A DNA stretch of 64,000 nt, from positions 2,232,001-2,296,000 of the forward strand of contig CM030334.1 in assembly GCA_017654855.1 (NCBI GenBank), in the 5' to 3' direction. The translations under genes and the position numbers were made by a program. The notes below the pieces were generated by a model that saw only the letters and a program-made list of their open reading frames with translations, was not told where the DNA came from and did not search any database. The stretch comes from Podospora anserina. Lineage: Eukaryota. Of this stretch, positions 1 through 11,985 are shown piece after piece. Position 1 is the first letter of the stretch. Every line of letters starts with the position of its first letter.

Positions 1-2
1 GC

Positions 3-143
3 ACCTCCACCCCAACCACAACCCCCCTCCCCTCTTCCAACCCCCCCGCCGCAATCTCCTTCATCGTCATCTCCTCCCTCGTCATAATAATCACCTTCCT
101 CGCCGCTCTATACATCAACATCCGCGCCCGCAAGCACATCCAC

Positions 144-179
<36 letters not shown>

Positions 180-545
180 CCCCACCAACTCCAAACCTGG
201 ACCCCCCTGGTCACAAAACGACAAGAGGAGCGCGCCAAACAACTCCATCTAGAAAAGCAAGACCAACTTTGGGAAGGGCAGGAGGAGAGAACAAGAAGAG
301 GGGAGCTGCTCCGGGCTGGAATGGAGGTTGGTGCCATGGCGGGAAGACTCTCATCGGAACGAGAGAGGGCAGAATTGAGTGGGGATGGGAGGGACGGTGT
401 CAACAATCATGAGAGTGGGAAGGAGGAGGAGCAGGAGGGGAGTGTGATACGTGAACCGCCGCCGCCGCTGTATTCCCCCCCATGGGTAGGGAAGCAAGTG
501 GTAGATGATGCCTCTACTACTAGGGCTGTGCGTTCGGTTCTGTGA
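3..545 (+). CDS. 3' part of a small single-pass membrane protein (S/T/P-rich segment, TM helix, poly-Q tail); 5' end lies outside the window
   Basis: Frame from nt 3 is open to TGA at 543-545: TSTPTTTPLPSSNPP-AISFIVISSLVIIITFLAALYINI-RARKHIHK-Q11...EPPPPLYSPPW. A hydrophobic helix is followed by basic residues. Confidence 0.6.
147..179 (+). repeat. (CAA)11 microsatellite encoding poly-Gln
   Basis: Direct reading of the sequence. Confidence 0.9.
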
Positions 546-643
546 GGTGATGGGCGGCCTATTATAGGTGATCAACAAGGGAAGGAGCGGGCTTTTTGGG
601 AGTTTAAGGGTGGAAAAAGATGGATCAGGAGGGGTTGAAATTA

Positions 644-727
644 TCTCGAGGCCTGTTGACCAGCTTTCGAGATCTGTCGACTTTCTTTCGGGGCCTATCA
701 ACTATCTTTAAAGGCCTGTTGGCTGTT
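644..727 (+). repeat. 21-bp degenerate tandem array A (4 units)
   Basis: Units at 644, 665, 686, 707: tctcgaggcctgttgaccagc / tttcgagatctgtcgactttc / tttcggggcctatcaactatc / tttaaaggcctgttggctgtt. Confidence 0.8.
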
Positions 728-887
728 TTTCATGCAAGGTAAAAAAAAAGCCATGCAAAAGCAACTATAAAACAGCTAAACAATCCCAAACTCACACCTC
801 TCCCACCACACAACTAACCCCGTCTAAACGGCACTAAGACACCCCATAACACATAGCTCATATCCCTCACCACAACCACGCCATCCC

Positions 888-3800
888 CTAGCCCAACTCC
901 AACCTCCCCAACTTCCCCCTCAAAACCCCCTCCAACCCACCCCCATCCCTACAAAACCCCGCCAGCTTCACCGCCCCCTCCCCCCACCCCCTCGCCCTCT
1001 CCCTCTCCCCAGCAGCAAAACAATCAATCCCGTGATTAAACGCCGTAGCAGCCATCCACTCCAGTTCCTCCTCCGGCCAGCCAGCCTCGCTCTCCCTTAA
1101 CTCCCTCGCCTTCCCGCACGCCTCCTCCAGCAGCCTCATCGCCAACCCGTCATCCACCGGCAACGTAGCCTGGAACAAACACCTCGTATACTTTGCCAAT
1201 TTCACCGCGTCAAACGCCTCGAGCGCCCAAATCTCATTGACAAGTCTTCGCATGGTTGAGTACAGAACTGCTTGGGGTGTTAGTTAGCTTGTTTGGGTAA
1301 CAAAAGGGGGGTAGGGGGGTTACCTTGCCCTGGAGCTCTCGCTCGGAGCAAACTATCCGCCATAGCCTGAAAAGCCGTCACACTTTTGCAGCCGACTGCT
1401 CTTTGCACAATCCCACCCAAATCATCCCACGCTTCCAGCACTACCGCGGCTTCAAAGTCAAATGTCAGCAGCGTGGCGTGTTTCCTTAGCATGTCATCCC
1501 TCGAGTGTTCGTCTAGCCGTGGCAAAAGCTCTGGAAGGTCGGTATCGAATGCCAAAACATGTTCTCGCATGGCAGTGTAATATTCTAGTTGCTTCGTGAC
1601 ATTGTCTTCCGCCCGTGCTTGGGAGACCAACGCCGAGGAAATGATGAACCGGGAAAAGAGCATCTTCAAACCCATCTCAACAAGCTGAGACCCTCCCATG
1701 TCAGGCGGAAAGTGGCCGGTGATATGGACGCAAGAGGTGAGCATTCTGACTATGTACCGTAGGTCCCACGTTGTTGTGTTCTTCAGAGCGAGGTTATAAG
1801 AGTTGCGGCTGAACCACTCGAGTTCGTCAACCGTAAACAGCTTACGTCTTGGATTCTCTTTCTTCTGCTTTTCGAGGGCGACAACGACTGTTTGATCGGT
1901 CAGGGGGCTGCCAGTATGGGCATTCAGGGGTAGCTCACCAGCATCAAACATATCGCAAAGGTCTTCAACAACCCCGTTTTCACCAGCGTCTGCCCTATCA
2001 ACGAGCATGTTCAATAGTCGAATGGTACACCTGAACAACGCCGGCAAATGTGTCGGATTCGGTTCCTTGTACTCATATCGATCCTGCAGCTTCTTGAGAG
2101 CGGCAATAGCACAGATGACGTCCCCAGCCTTCTGGGACTCTGCAATACAAGCCCCCAGAAAGTCGACATGTTCAGGTGTCTGACTGATAGTTTCGAGACA
2201 TTTTCCAGCCAATACTCGGTCTTCAGTCCGTATGGCGACTTTGAAGGCAAGATATGCGGTCATGGGCTCCTTCCAGCTCGTAGCCGACATGTCGTTGATG
2301 ACTCTTGTTGCCGTCTCCATGCTGTTACGGGCCAGAGCACAGAGGAGAAGCTTTCTTTCTTGACGTCAGTCCTTAAATTCAACATCGGGATGGCTTTGAA
2401 TTACCTTTCCAGCTTTGCATTATTCCCAGGACCGCCCTTCTCAAAGATGGGCGCCAACGCCAACTGACACCAAGCCTCGGCGAGCGCGTATTCCCCCTGA
2501 GTATACGACAACTCCAACTTCTTCCACAACAGCTACACCATCATCATCAGCATTCTCTCTTCTGCCCTTCCACCCAAAGAAAACTCACCGCCTGCGCAGC
2601 AACCGCCGCCTCAGCGCTCACAGCCCTCGCAACATTCCCAAACAACTCGCCCAACCTCCTCACCGTCTCCATCGAATCCCTCTGCTGCGTCATCATCCAC
2701 ATCCTCGTCACCAACGCCTTCTCCATAAACTCTTGCCCACCAGTTCCCCCCAATGTCCTCAACACCAAAATAAAATCATCCATCACCGCACACCCCGCCC
2801 CAGGAGCCTTATCATGCAACCTCCTCACATGATGCACAACCAACTTGAACTCCGCCCCCGACCCCATCCCCTTCTTCCCATCAAAGTTCCTAATCAAATG
2901 CCTCAACACATCTGCATACCCCTCCTCATCAAACACCTCCGCATTAGGCGTCTTATACATCACCTCCAACTTCAACAAACAAACCACCATCTTATTCCCC
3001 ATCTCCACCTCCACAAAATCAACATAATTCTTCGCCTTCTCATAATTCTCCTCCGTTCCCGTCCCCAGCAACGCAGTAATCAACGCCTGCAAAATCGCCA
3101 ACCTCAGCTCCACCCCCTCCCTCGTAAGCTGCTCAACACCCACACTATTCACCACCTCATTCGCCCTCTCCAACCACTTGACCGCGATCTTATAGTCCTC
3201 CTTCCCGCTCAGACTCTTCCCAATCTCATACAGCACATCCGCCAACCTCTCGGTATAATCCCTCGTGAGAAACCCCCTCAGGCGCTCAGCACTGCTGTAC
3301 ATATGCTCGGCAACATCCAACCTCCCCTCCACCCACGCCAGCGCCGTCCTCCAGATGAAGTACTCCACCTCCAAACAATTCGCCTCACTAACCTCTTCCT
3401 CCATCCAGCCTTCCCGTCCCAAATCTTGCAAATGAGTTTTGTGATCGGCCACAATCTGCAGCGCATTCCCCGACAGCTTCGTCTCCTTCGTCCCCACCAA
3501 GTCCCTTGTTATCTTCAAACCGAGTTTGATCACATCCACCAGATCACTCCTCCTCTTCCTCTTGTTCCTGGCCGAGCGGGCAAACACCACCAGCCAAAAC
3601 CCCAGCGCCTTGCCATAGAGCGCAAGTTTCCTCAGCCGAGTATTGGGGGCCTCAGGCGGGTTGATCGGGTCGTTGCAGTCCCGCCATAATCTCGTGCATA
3701 AATTCCACAGCCTGACACCAACACCATCAATGTCAATTTCTTCGGGCGAGTGCTGCTGCTGCTGATGCTGCGCAGAGGAGGAGGGCTGAGGCCGTTGGCA

Positions 3801-4163
3801 AAGCAAATGAAGCTTGTCAATATGTTCAGTAATCTCCTCAGTAAGCCCTTCCGCGGCAGGTATATCATTCGGCACAGACAGCAGGTTCAGCAGTCTGTTG
3901 GCAAACTCGACACAGGGGGTAATCCGCCTCTCGGTCTTGGACTGGGTAGGAGCGGGTGCTTCTGTCGTTAGCATGTGTGTTTGTCCTGTCGGCCGTCGAG
4001 GAGGTACAAGCGATCGAGGAGGAGGTGACGAGAAGGGCGGAGGTGACAGCCTCGGGCGGACACCAGTCCCTGCTCCTGTCGCTGAGACCCCCCTGGTCGG
4101 CGGGAGTGGTTTAGAAGGGAGCCTCCTATTGTGGCTGGAGATGGTCGATCGAAGGGGCGGCAT
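888..4163 (-). CDS. SPO22: Meiosis-specific TPR-like protein SPO22/ZIP4 (multi-exon)
   Basis: Motifs EYFIWRTALAWVEGRLDVAEHMY, LADVLYEIGKSL..KEDYKIAVKWLERA, LLWKKLE...AEAWCQLAL, ELEWFSRNSYNLALK, WPEEELEWMAATAFNHGID. ORFs 2547-4190, 1280-2320 and 888-1253 join through GT-AG introns (approx. 2588-2533, 2405-2355, 1938-1888, 1324-1269; possibly 4063-3962). Confidence 0.85.
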
Positions 4164-4613
4164 TGTGTATAGATACCAGAGGCATCGCAACTAAGTCGGC
4201 ATAGCGACAGAAGGAGAGGCAGAAAACGCTGAATTTGACTCTGCCTGATAGGCACGTGGACTAGCTTATGACAAATGGCCGCCCTCACCTAACCATCCAG
4301 TGGAAGGCGCGATCAAGGAGAACGGAAGGTGCTACCTATCCACCAGCACCTTCCTGATGTCAACCATCAACCCTATCCCTTTCCAAACCATCAACTCCAG
4401 CCATCAATCAATGTCGTCTTCCAATCCAACTCTTGTTGTTTTCCTGATTATTTCTCCTTTTTACAAGCTGACTCTAAACATCCACGTGTGTGGATACTCT
4501 TTGTTTTGTCGATGCTCCCACCGCATCTTATTATGCTCCCTGTTCTACGAAACGTCCTGATGCTTGCCCTGTCGGGCGGGTATGTTATAATAAACGACGA
4601 TTTGATCCCACAT

Positions 4614-6851
4614 TTAAGGGTCGTGGGGGATGAAGTTTCCAATGATCAAGCCCGGCCTGGGGAGTGTCAGCAAGACTGAAACGACAAAAGAGAAAAGAGA
4701 ATGTCCACCACATACACTTGGGCGTTGTCCTTTTTTATCCTGAAAGAAAAGCAGCAGTTCACCACCTTTTTCGACGATTTATTGGGACTCTTGAGTGTGC
4801 AGGCTGTCAAAAGGGTGTCGTGGAGCGGATCGAAGGCAATGGTTCCAAACTCTTCCCAATACCGCACGACCGACTCCTCGGTCAGGATCTCGTGCAGTTT
4901 AGTCTTGCCCTGTGACGGGATCAGCAACCCAGCCATGCATGCCCCCTTTTGGTCGACCCAACACCTACATTTCTGAGATCCTCCACTGGCACGTCGATGA
5001 GCTCGGCCATCTCCTTGTTACCCCTGAAAATCTCCCCTGTTCGACGCCAGCAGCATGCCGGGACCGCCATGCTGGCGAAGACGCGGTCGTACTCCATTAG
5101 GGAACTCTCTATCTGCATCTCGTTGATGGTCAGAAACATGTGGTCTCGCCCCTGCATCTTTTCGCGAAACTTTGGCCGGAAACGATCGAGTTGTCGAAGG
5201 ATCTTTTGTCTCGACCCCGGGCTGACGTGCTCGTTGAGATACGTTTGAAGACTCTGGTAGCCTTTGATATAGTTAAACGGTTGGAGGAGTCCAGCCTCGA
5301 CTTTGGCCGTGAGAACCTGGAGCATGCGGTCATCCGCGTCGGCATTACCGCTGGGATCGGCTGCCTGGAGATAATATTCTCGGGTCTTGTCCTTGGAAAC
5401 CGCAGCTGATTGTTCCGAATTGGCCGTGGGCAGAGAGGCCCCCGGAGCCGTGGCCGGGGGCGGCATGGAGCTGCTACTGGGAAACCCCGGGATTGGGCGG
5501 CCTTGGTTTTGACCATCGGGCGCAGCCACGGGGTCCTCGAATATGTTGGCTCGCAGGTAGTTGTTCAGGACGTCGAACTCACTCGACACCTCATGGGGAA
5601 CTACAAAGCTGGGGTGATAGTTGTGCATATCGTGATAATGGCTTTGGGAGGCTAACCAGGAGTCAGGGAAACCGCCGACTGGGAGGGAAGGTTTTCAGCT
5701 CCTGGCGTAAGGAACGGACTGGGGGATTTTCAGGCACCTACATTGGTTCATACTGCTACCCAGCGTGCTGCCTTGGAGGCCGGACACCGCTGTGGGTTGC
5801 ACGAGCTGTAGCTGATTACTCTGGCCTAGCGCAGCAGCAGCATCGAAGGCGGCACTGGCGGCTGATCCTGTCCCGGAGCTCAAGCTCCCATCGAACGAGG
5901 CCAGTCTCAAGGCGTCTGCCGCTGTCTGGTTCATGTTGCCGCGGCCCAGGTCTGACTGAGACGCAGACCCGTGCGTAGTAGACGGGGCGACGACGCTCTT
6001 GGACTTGTTGGACCCCTGATCACGGGGCTCATCATGGCACAGGTGCCCGATATTCCGCTTAACACATCTCGTACATGGTCTCGCCTATTCACAGCACGGC
6101 CTGGGGTCAATAACTGCTCAAGCGCTGGGGCCAATGGTTCGCCGCCCTGTCCTGTCTCATCCCGGCCGCCAGCAAGCAGCAGACGGGAAGACTGGGGACG
6201 GGACGTCGACCAGGCGGAAGGGGGATAAGTGTACGTACAAGATCACACGTCATGTGCTGTATGTAGACGAGGGTGGAATCATCCCTGGTTAGCCACTGTA
6301 ACAACTCGATATATGCATGATGTATGCGTATACAGTATATGGTGTGTAGTGCTCATTGTGAATAGTGGGTATGAGAGGTGAGGTCGTGTATGCGAGCACG
6401 CTGCTGCAGGGGCGCTTCTCCACGGAAGCTCTCCGTGGGGGGCAGCTGCCCAGCCAGCAGCCAGCTTCACTTAGATCAAGAAACAAAGGAAAAAAAAAAA
6501 AAAAAGACCAGAGGTGGCTGGAGACAGGGGTCCGGCGCACTGGGATAAATGACTTACAGATCGACGGCAGTAGAGGCAGGCTGTAGCAAATGGTGTCAGC
6601 ATACAAACGCCATTCCCGGGGGACCGAAGCCATCGTGGAGCCGGAGGGGTGGTTCGACAAGACTTACCATGACTGACCTTGCGGCGCTTCTTGGGGGTCT
6701 GGTGGTGGGTGGTGTGGTGGTTGTGTTGGTTGTGTTGCTGTTGGTCGTCGGTAGAAGGCGCATGGTGATCCTTGGGCTTGGTGTTGCTCTCGGACTTGAT
6801 GTCCTTGGTCTCATTCCCGGCGGTCCTCTCCATGGCTTCGGTTGCCGTCAT
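4614..6851 (-). CDS. rse2: Zn2Cys6 transcription factor with C-terminal PAS-like domain, RDS2/AcuM/AOD2/RSE2 ortholog (gluconeogenesis and alternative oxidase regulator)
   Basis: Spliced Zn cluster KKRRKVSH-ACLYCRRS-HMTCDL-ARPCTRCVKRNIGHLCHDEPRD, assembled from micro-exons 6580-6558 and 6256-6239. C-terminal EYYLQAADPSGN, LLQPFNYIKGY, SLMEYDRVFASMAVPACCWRRTGEIFRGNKEMA, ESVVRYWEEFGTIAFD, CCFSFRIK, PGLIIGNFIPHDP*. Confidence 0.85.
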
Positions 6852-8505
6852 TGTCTAGTGGACTCTTCTCCCATTGGGTCTCGTGGTTACGCAACGGGCT
6901 TCGAGTTCGTTGCTCATTTAAGCAGGGCCGGCGGCTTCTCGCAGCAAGTCGCGACCATTCAATGCCAGTTCCGACGCTGTTCTGCTGCTGCTGGCGGTGT
7001 CCTGGCGGTCGTCGTGCTTCTCTCTCGGTCTGGGTTCCCCTGTTTTTTTTTTTGCGCTCTCTGCGTCGGCCGCGGCTCGTGTGTCGTTCGGTTCGCGAAG
7101 CAGTCGTTCGGCTTTGTTGACTCGACACCTCGGCCAGAAGGGTGCGCGCGTTGGCGGGGCAGTATCCGTGATTTGGTGTTATTGAAGCTGGTGGCCACGG
7201 GGTCGTCTCTCCGGGCGGCTTGAGGTTGGAAGCATTGCCGGGAGGTGTACGGAGTAAAAGTTGTATGTATGGGAAGGTAGTCGCCGTCGTTCCTAAAAGA
7301 AATCCTCTCCACCCGCGGCACCAGCCAGCAGCAATGGGTCCTCTCTGCCGCCCAGAGCGGGACCCAGGCGCGGCGACCGGGGCTCAAGAGGGGCTGAAGT
7401 GTGAGCCGAGGGGTAAAGTTTACAGGGGATTCCAGGTGGGCTTAGCGCCAGTCATGGATCACTTACAGCATGAACCCACTGACGGCATGTCGCACGGGCT
7501 GCTAACTGGATCCAGTTCATCCTTTGTCGCATTTTGACAGTCATCTCGATTCTGTGTTCAACAATTGGATGGAGATTCGAGATGGTTTTTCATGTCTATA
7601 ATTCCACCATTATAGTTATTACTACCATCGCACCCCGTACCTTCCCGGTTCCCGTCCTTTTGCCGGTTCCTGGCCGTACCTTCCTTCCCCTTTCCCACCG
7701 GGTACCTACCCCAACTCTCACCGAGTCGTGTGTGTTCTTTCCCTATCCGGCTCTACCAAAGGGCGGAAAGAGTGTCTCAAACTTTTCACATGACGAAACC
7801 TTCTTCTCGGGTTTCCCCTCCCTTTGAATGAATCAGCATCTGACATTGCGGGGATGGGAATGTTTTTCTTGCTGTTTGTTTACCTAATGGCCTACCTAAT
7901 CATACACACTCACTGACAGGAACTCGGATCATTGTTTTACTCACTGATGTCCGCCTTCCGACATTTTATACTTGGCATTCTGCACGCCCACAGGAAGGGC
8001 ATCGCTCAAGTCCAATGAAAATCTGTCATATGAGTAGCTTCGACAGCTGCTCTAGTCACGGGATGCTTGGCCCCTTTGGCCGACATAGGCAGTCCGTATG
8101 CTGGGAATCGAGATGCATCAAGGGATCGCGATGGGTGTGCAACAGATACGCCACTCGGTGCCTGCGTTGCACGACAGCCATCCAGACGGGACTGTTCTGG
8201 CGGTCAGGACCTAGATTCATATTCTGGGCTTCCCATCTTGAGGTGAGGACCAAAGGCGAGTTGATCGATCCTTCGACATGCGGGGCACACACGTTGGAGG
8301 CGATGGCTGTGATTTGCTCACCAACCAGCTGTTGTTGGATCAGCCAGCCAAGGCAGGCATCGCTGACATTCAACCGTCTGCCTGTCCTCAAACCCACCAA
8401 GACAAAACTCAAACATGCGCATGAGCCTCAGACAGAGGTCTCGAGTTTGACTCAGCTCAGTTTCGGGACGTCGACTACACCTTCCAATGAAGGTTTGCAG
8501 CCGCG

Positions 8506-11500
8506 ATGGCTTCCTCGTCATGGCACGAAGCATCATGCAGCAGACCCGATGTGAGCTTGGCTGGAGGCATTCCGTTCTGTATGAGTTGCGGCTCAATGGG
8601 CCCCCTCGACGACCTTGAACCAAGTGAAACACCACCAGCCATTCCGATTCTCTCCGGGAAGCGATCTGGCCTGTCGCTCTCGTGGCCCCATTCAGTGAAA
8701 TATGCTACGCAACTTACCGACGGCGACGGAAATGATCTTGGAGATGTGCTTCAGTCCGTGCTATTAACCGAGAAACCTGATGACTTGCAACTGGATGTCC
8801 AACAGGAAAAAATAGGGTCGGATCTGGAATCCAATTCTTCGTCGTCCACCATAGCCCAACAGTGTCGCACCTATCACCAAAGCCTGGTTCCCTCGGACGA
8901 AGTGACGGGCAATGACAGCATTCGTCTGCTTCGCCTCGGTAAGGGAAAAGGCTCGGAACCCTTGCACGGTACGCTGGAAACCCGAGAGCTCAAATACTTT
9001 CCCGAGTATGAAGCTCTGTCCTACACATGGGCCGATGCCAACGGCCAGGCTAGCCGGACCAAAAAGTTGTATCTGGGGAGGGAATGGGCTGTGTTCCCAA
9101 TCACCACAAACTGCGACGCTGCTCTTCGTCATGTCCGCCTTCCCAACACTGAACGCTACATCTGGGTCGATACCGTTTGCATCAACCAGTTTGACAACCT
9201 TGAACGCTCGCATCAAGTTCAACTCATGCCTATGATCTATGCCACTGCTCAACGTGTGCTTGTTTACCTCGGTGAAGATAAACCGGAACGAAGCATGATC
9301 TCGAGACACCTCCCAGTTTTTTCCAAAGTGATGGACTGGAGCCAAAAGTGGGATGACCTGGGACCTATTCTGCAACGCCCCTACTTCTTTCGGAGCTGGA
9401 TTATACAGGAAATCGCCTCTGCAAAAACAGCCTTGGTGGCCAATGGCGAATCATGGCGGGTATGGCCCGTCTATGACGAGAAAAGCGATGCGAGCCTGTT
9501 TCTCCCCTGGATTAAGGAATTCGAAACCCGAAAATACAAGACCTCCAAGCACCTTTTTCAGCTGATTACCGACTGCTGGACCTCACAGGCCTACGACCCT
9601 CGGGATAAGGTGTTTTCTCTTCTTGGGGTTATCACTGGCGCAGCGGCCGACGGTCTGGTGGCCGATTATACGCTCACCGTTGAGCAGGTGTATGTGCATG
9701 CATCCAGTTGAGCACATTTGTTGCTGTTGCTGATATTGATCACACAATAGATACACAGGCCTCGCTTCGTTTGTACTGAAAAATCATAAGCAGGCCGATC
9801 TTCTCAAGTACGCTGCTGGTTATGCCAAATGCCCAGGGCTGCCCTCATGGGTGCCGGACTGGGCTATCCTCTCCCGAAACTGGGACGTCATGGCTCAAAT
9901 ACGCGCCTTTCACTCTTTTGACACTCAAGCCAGTCTGATGAGCGCCTACAAGATCTCTTCTTACAGGACCGAGCACATCCGTGAGTCTTGGTTTATGGAC
10001 GACGTCAGCAAAGTCATGTTCGCCGGCATCGATATCCACGGTCCTACTGGCTCTCTATTTCTGCCTGCGATGAAAATCACAGATCTCCCCTCTGACCAGT
10101 ACTCACGCGTTCCGGCTCATCCTACCCTCCAAGTTTTACCCGATCAACCATCATTGCCACCTCCTCACGGCGGCATGACTTGCTTCCGCGGACCTCTCTT
10201 CGTGATGGCCATGATGGGACCATCAGATGACACGTCTTGCTTGTCTGTCTGGTTTCTGCATGGCATCAATGCACCCGTCATCCTTCGACAGTCACAATCC
10301 GGCAACAGCAGCATCTTTTCCTTCGTCAGCACCTGTCATGTCAGAGTGCAGACGGGCGTGTGCATGTTTCAGGGAACTGCTGAGGAAGAAATGTACAACC
10401 CCGCCAGCTACACGATCAGTGAGAAGGGCTATACCATCGGATCAGATGCCAAACGCAAGGACAAACAACGCCAATTTCCACCACCCAAGTTTGAGCCCTG
10501 GAAGAGATCGGTTTTGACCCGACCACGATTCTTGGAACATTTTGGCACGGATCGAATGGTGTTCGATCGGTGGGGTGACCTTTACTCGACAGCACTCCAA
10601 GATGCCACATTGAGAACCTGTGCCGAGTCGCAGCTTGCGAGGTTGCAAGCTCTGGGGGCGCACGCGGAGACGACCTGGACCGAATTCATCCAACGCGAAG
10701 TGCCGATCGTCATTCTGTTGCCATCGTTGAGGGGGGTTGATCTGATGGCACCAGTTGTGTTGCTTTTGGAAGACTTGGCGGAGTCACTCAAGCGGATGAA
10801 ATTATTCTGGGAATCGATCGAGTCCCTTTTGGAAGCAGCCAAGATGCTGGGGAATACGGTTGAGGGCGCCATACGTGATGATTACGGGCGGAGGGCAGCA
10901 GAGCTGAAAATAATGAGTGTCAAGATGTTTGAAAAGGAGAAAGGTCGAGAAGCATACGTTGAGGATGGAGAACCTGGACAAGTTTGGTTGAGCCGGAGTG
11001 TCAGGCAGCTGTATACCTGTTCGACGGAGAAGAATATGAAGGAGATGGTGTTTAAAATGACGGCAAACTTGGATGAGCGCGGGGGTTTTGCCGTTGACGG
11101 TGATGGTGGGAGGGAGCAGGAGCAGTCTGAATGGGCAAAGGATGGGATACCGTGTCCGGTGTGGTATATGATCAGGCTAGGGTACCACAGTCGGTGGCTG
11201 GGTATGAGAAAAGACCAGCTGGAGCGTGGTAGGGGCTTTTTGAATGATTTGATAAATGGGCGCGGGGGGGATTGGAAGAGGACAGACCTGATGACGATGT
11301 TGGCTGGGGGGAAGGAGTTGCCTGCTAAGACGCCAAGGGAGCCTGGGGATGAGGAAGGGATGAGTGTGAATGAGGCTAATCTTGCGAAGACGAGGACGAT
11401 GAGGGATGTGTTTGGGGAGGCGGAGATGGAGGTGAAGTTGACGATTATGGCGGTGAAGATTTTGATGGAGAAGAGGAAGGAGTATGCGAGGTTGATGAAG

Positions 11501-11530
11501 GGGGAGTGGAAGAAGATTGTGATTGTTTAA
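8506..11530 (+). CDS. HET-domain (HET-6-like heterokaryon incompatibility) protein, 2 exons
   Basis: IRLLRL...EYEALSYTWAD...IWVDTVCINQFDNLERSHQVQLMPMIYATAQRVLVYLG...PYFFRSWIIQEI, AYDPRDKVFSLLG, DY. Intron 9690-9750 (GTATGT..TAG) joins to VYTGLA...LPSWVPDW and a divergent C-terminus. Confidence 0.9.
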
Positions 11531-11985
11531 GCTATGGAATAGCTAAGGCAAAAGGCTCACCGGCCAACCCTCTCGTTTCTTATGTTGGGGAGGGGTGACT
11601 CGGTTACGAAAACCTTGACGTGCAAGATCTTACTCCGGATATGGATCGAATCGAGAAGGCTTTTGGGCCCAATCCTTCAGTTGGGAGCAGCTCCAATACT
11701 CGTCCCACTGAGGACCAGAGGGCCAATATGGCGAGAGTAAGTATTCGGAGCTGTTGAAAGGTGGGTGCGGAAGGTGGTGTATATACTGTAGTTGCTCCCC
11801 CCTTTCTCTGACGAAACATCGGTTTCTGGGCAGGATGCCTGACTGGTAACAGATACGATAACTATCATCAAGTCGCAAATTTGAGCAGTCACCCTCCATT
11901 GTGTGTGTAAACAAAGATGAACACAGTTCTGGGACCCCCATTTTCGATGTTGACACAGCCCTGACCCTCACCACTTTCTGCCCGT

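Noticed and set aside
2415-3689. Long antisense ORFs (e.g. 2415-3689, 17866-19536, 30730-32358, 26333-27508)
   Set aside because: Shadows of real genes on the opposite strand, caused by codon bias; low-complexity translations with no motifs.
888-4163. Premature UAG needing sexual-stage A-to-I editing in the meiotic SPO22 gene
   Set aside because: All ORF breaks are explained by canonical introns; no in-exon stop found.
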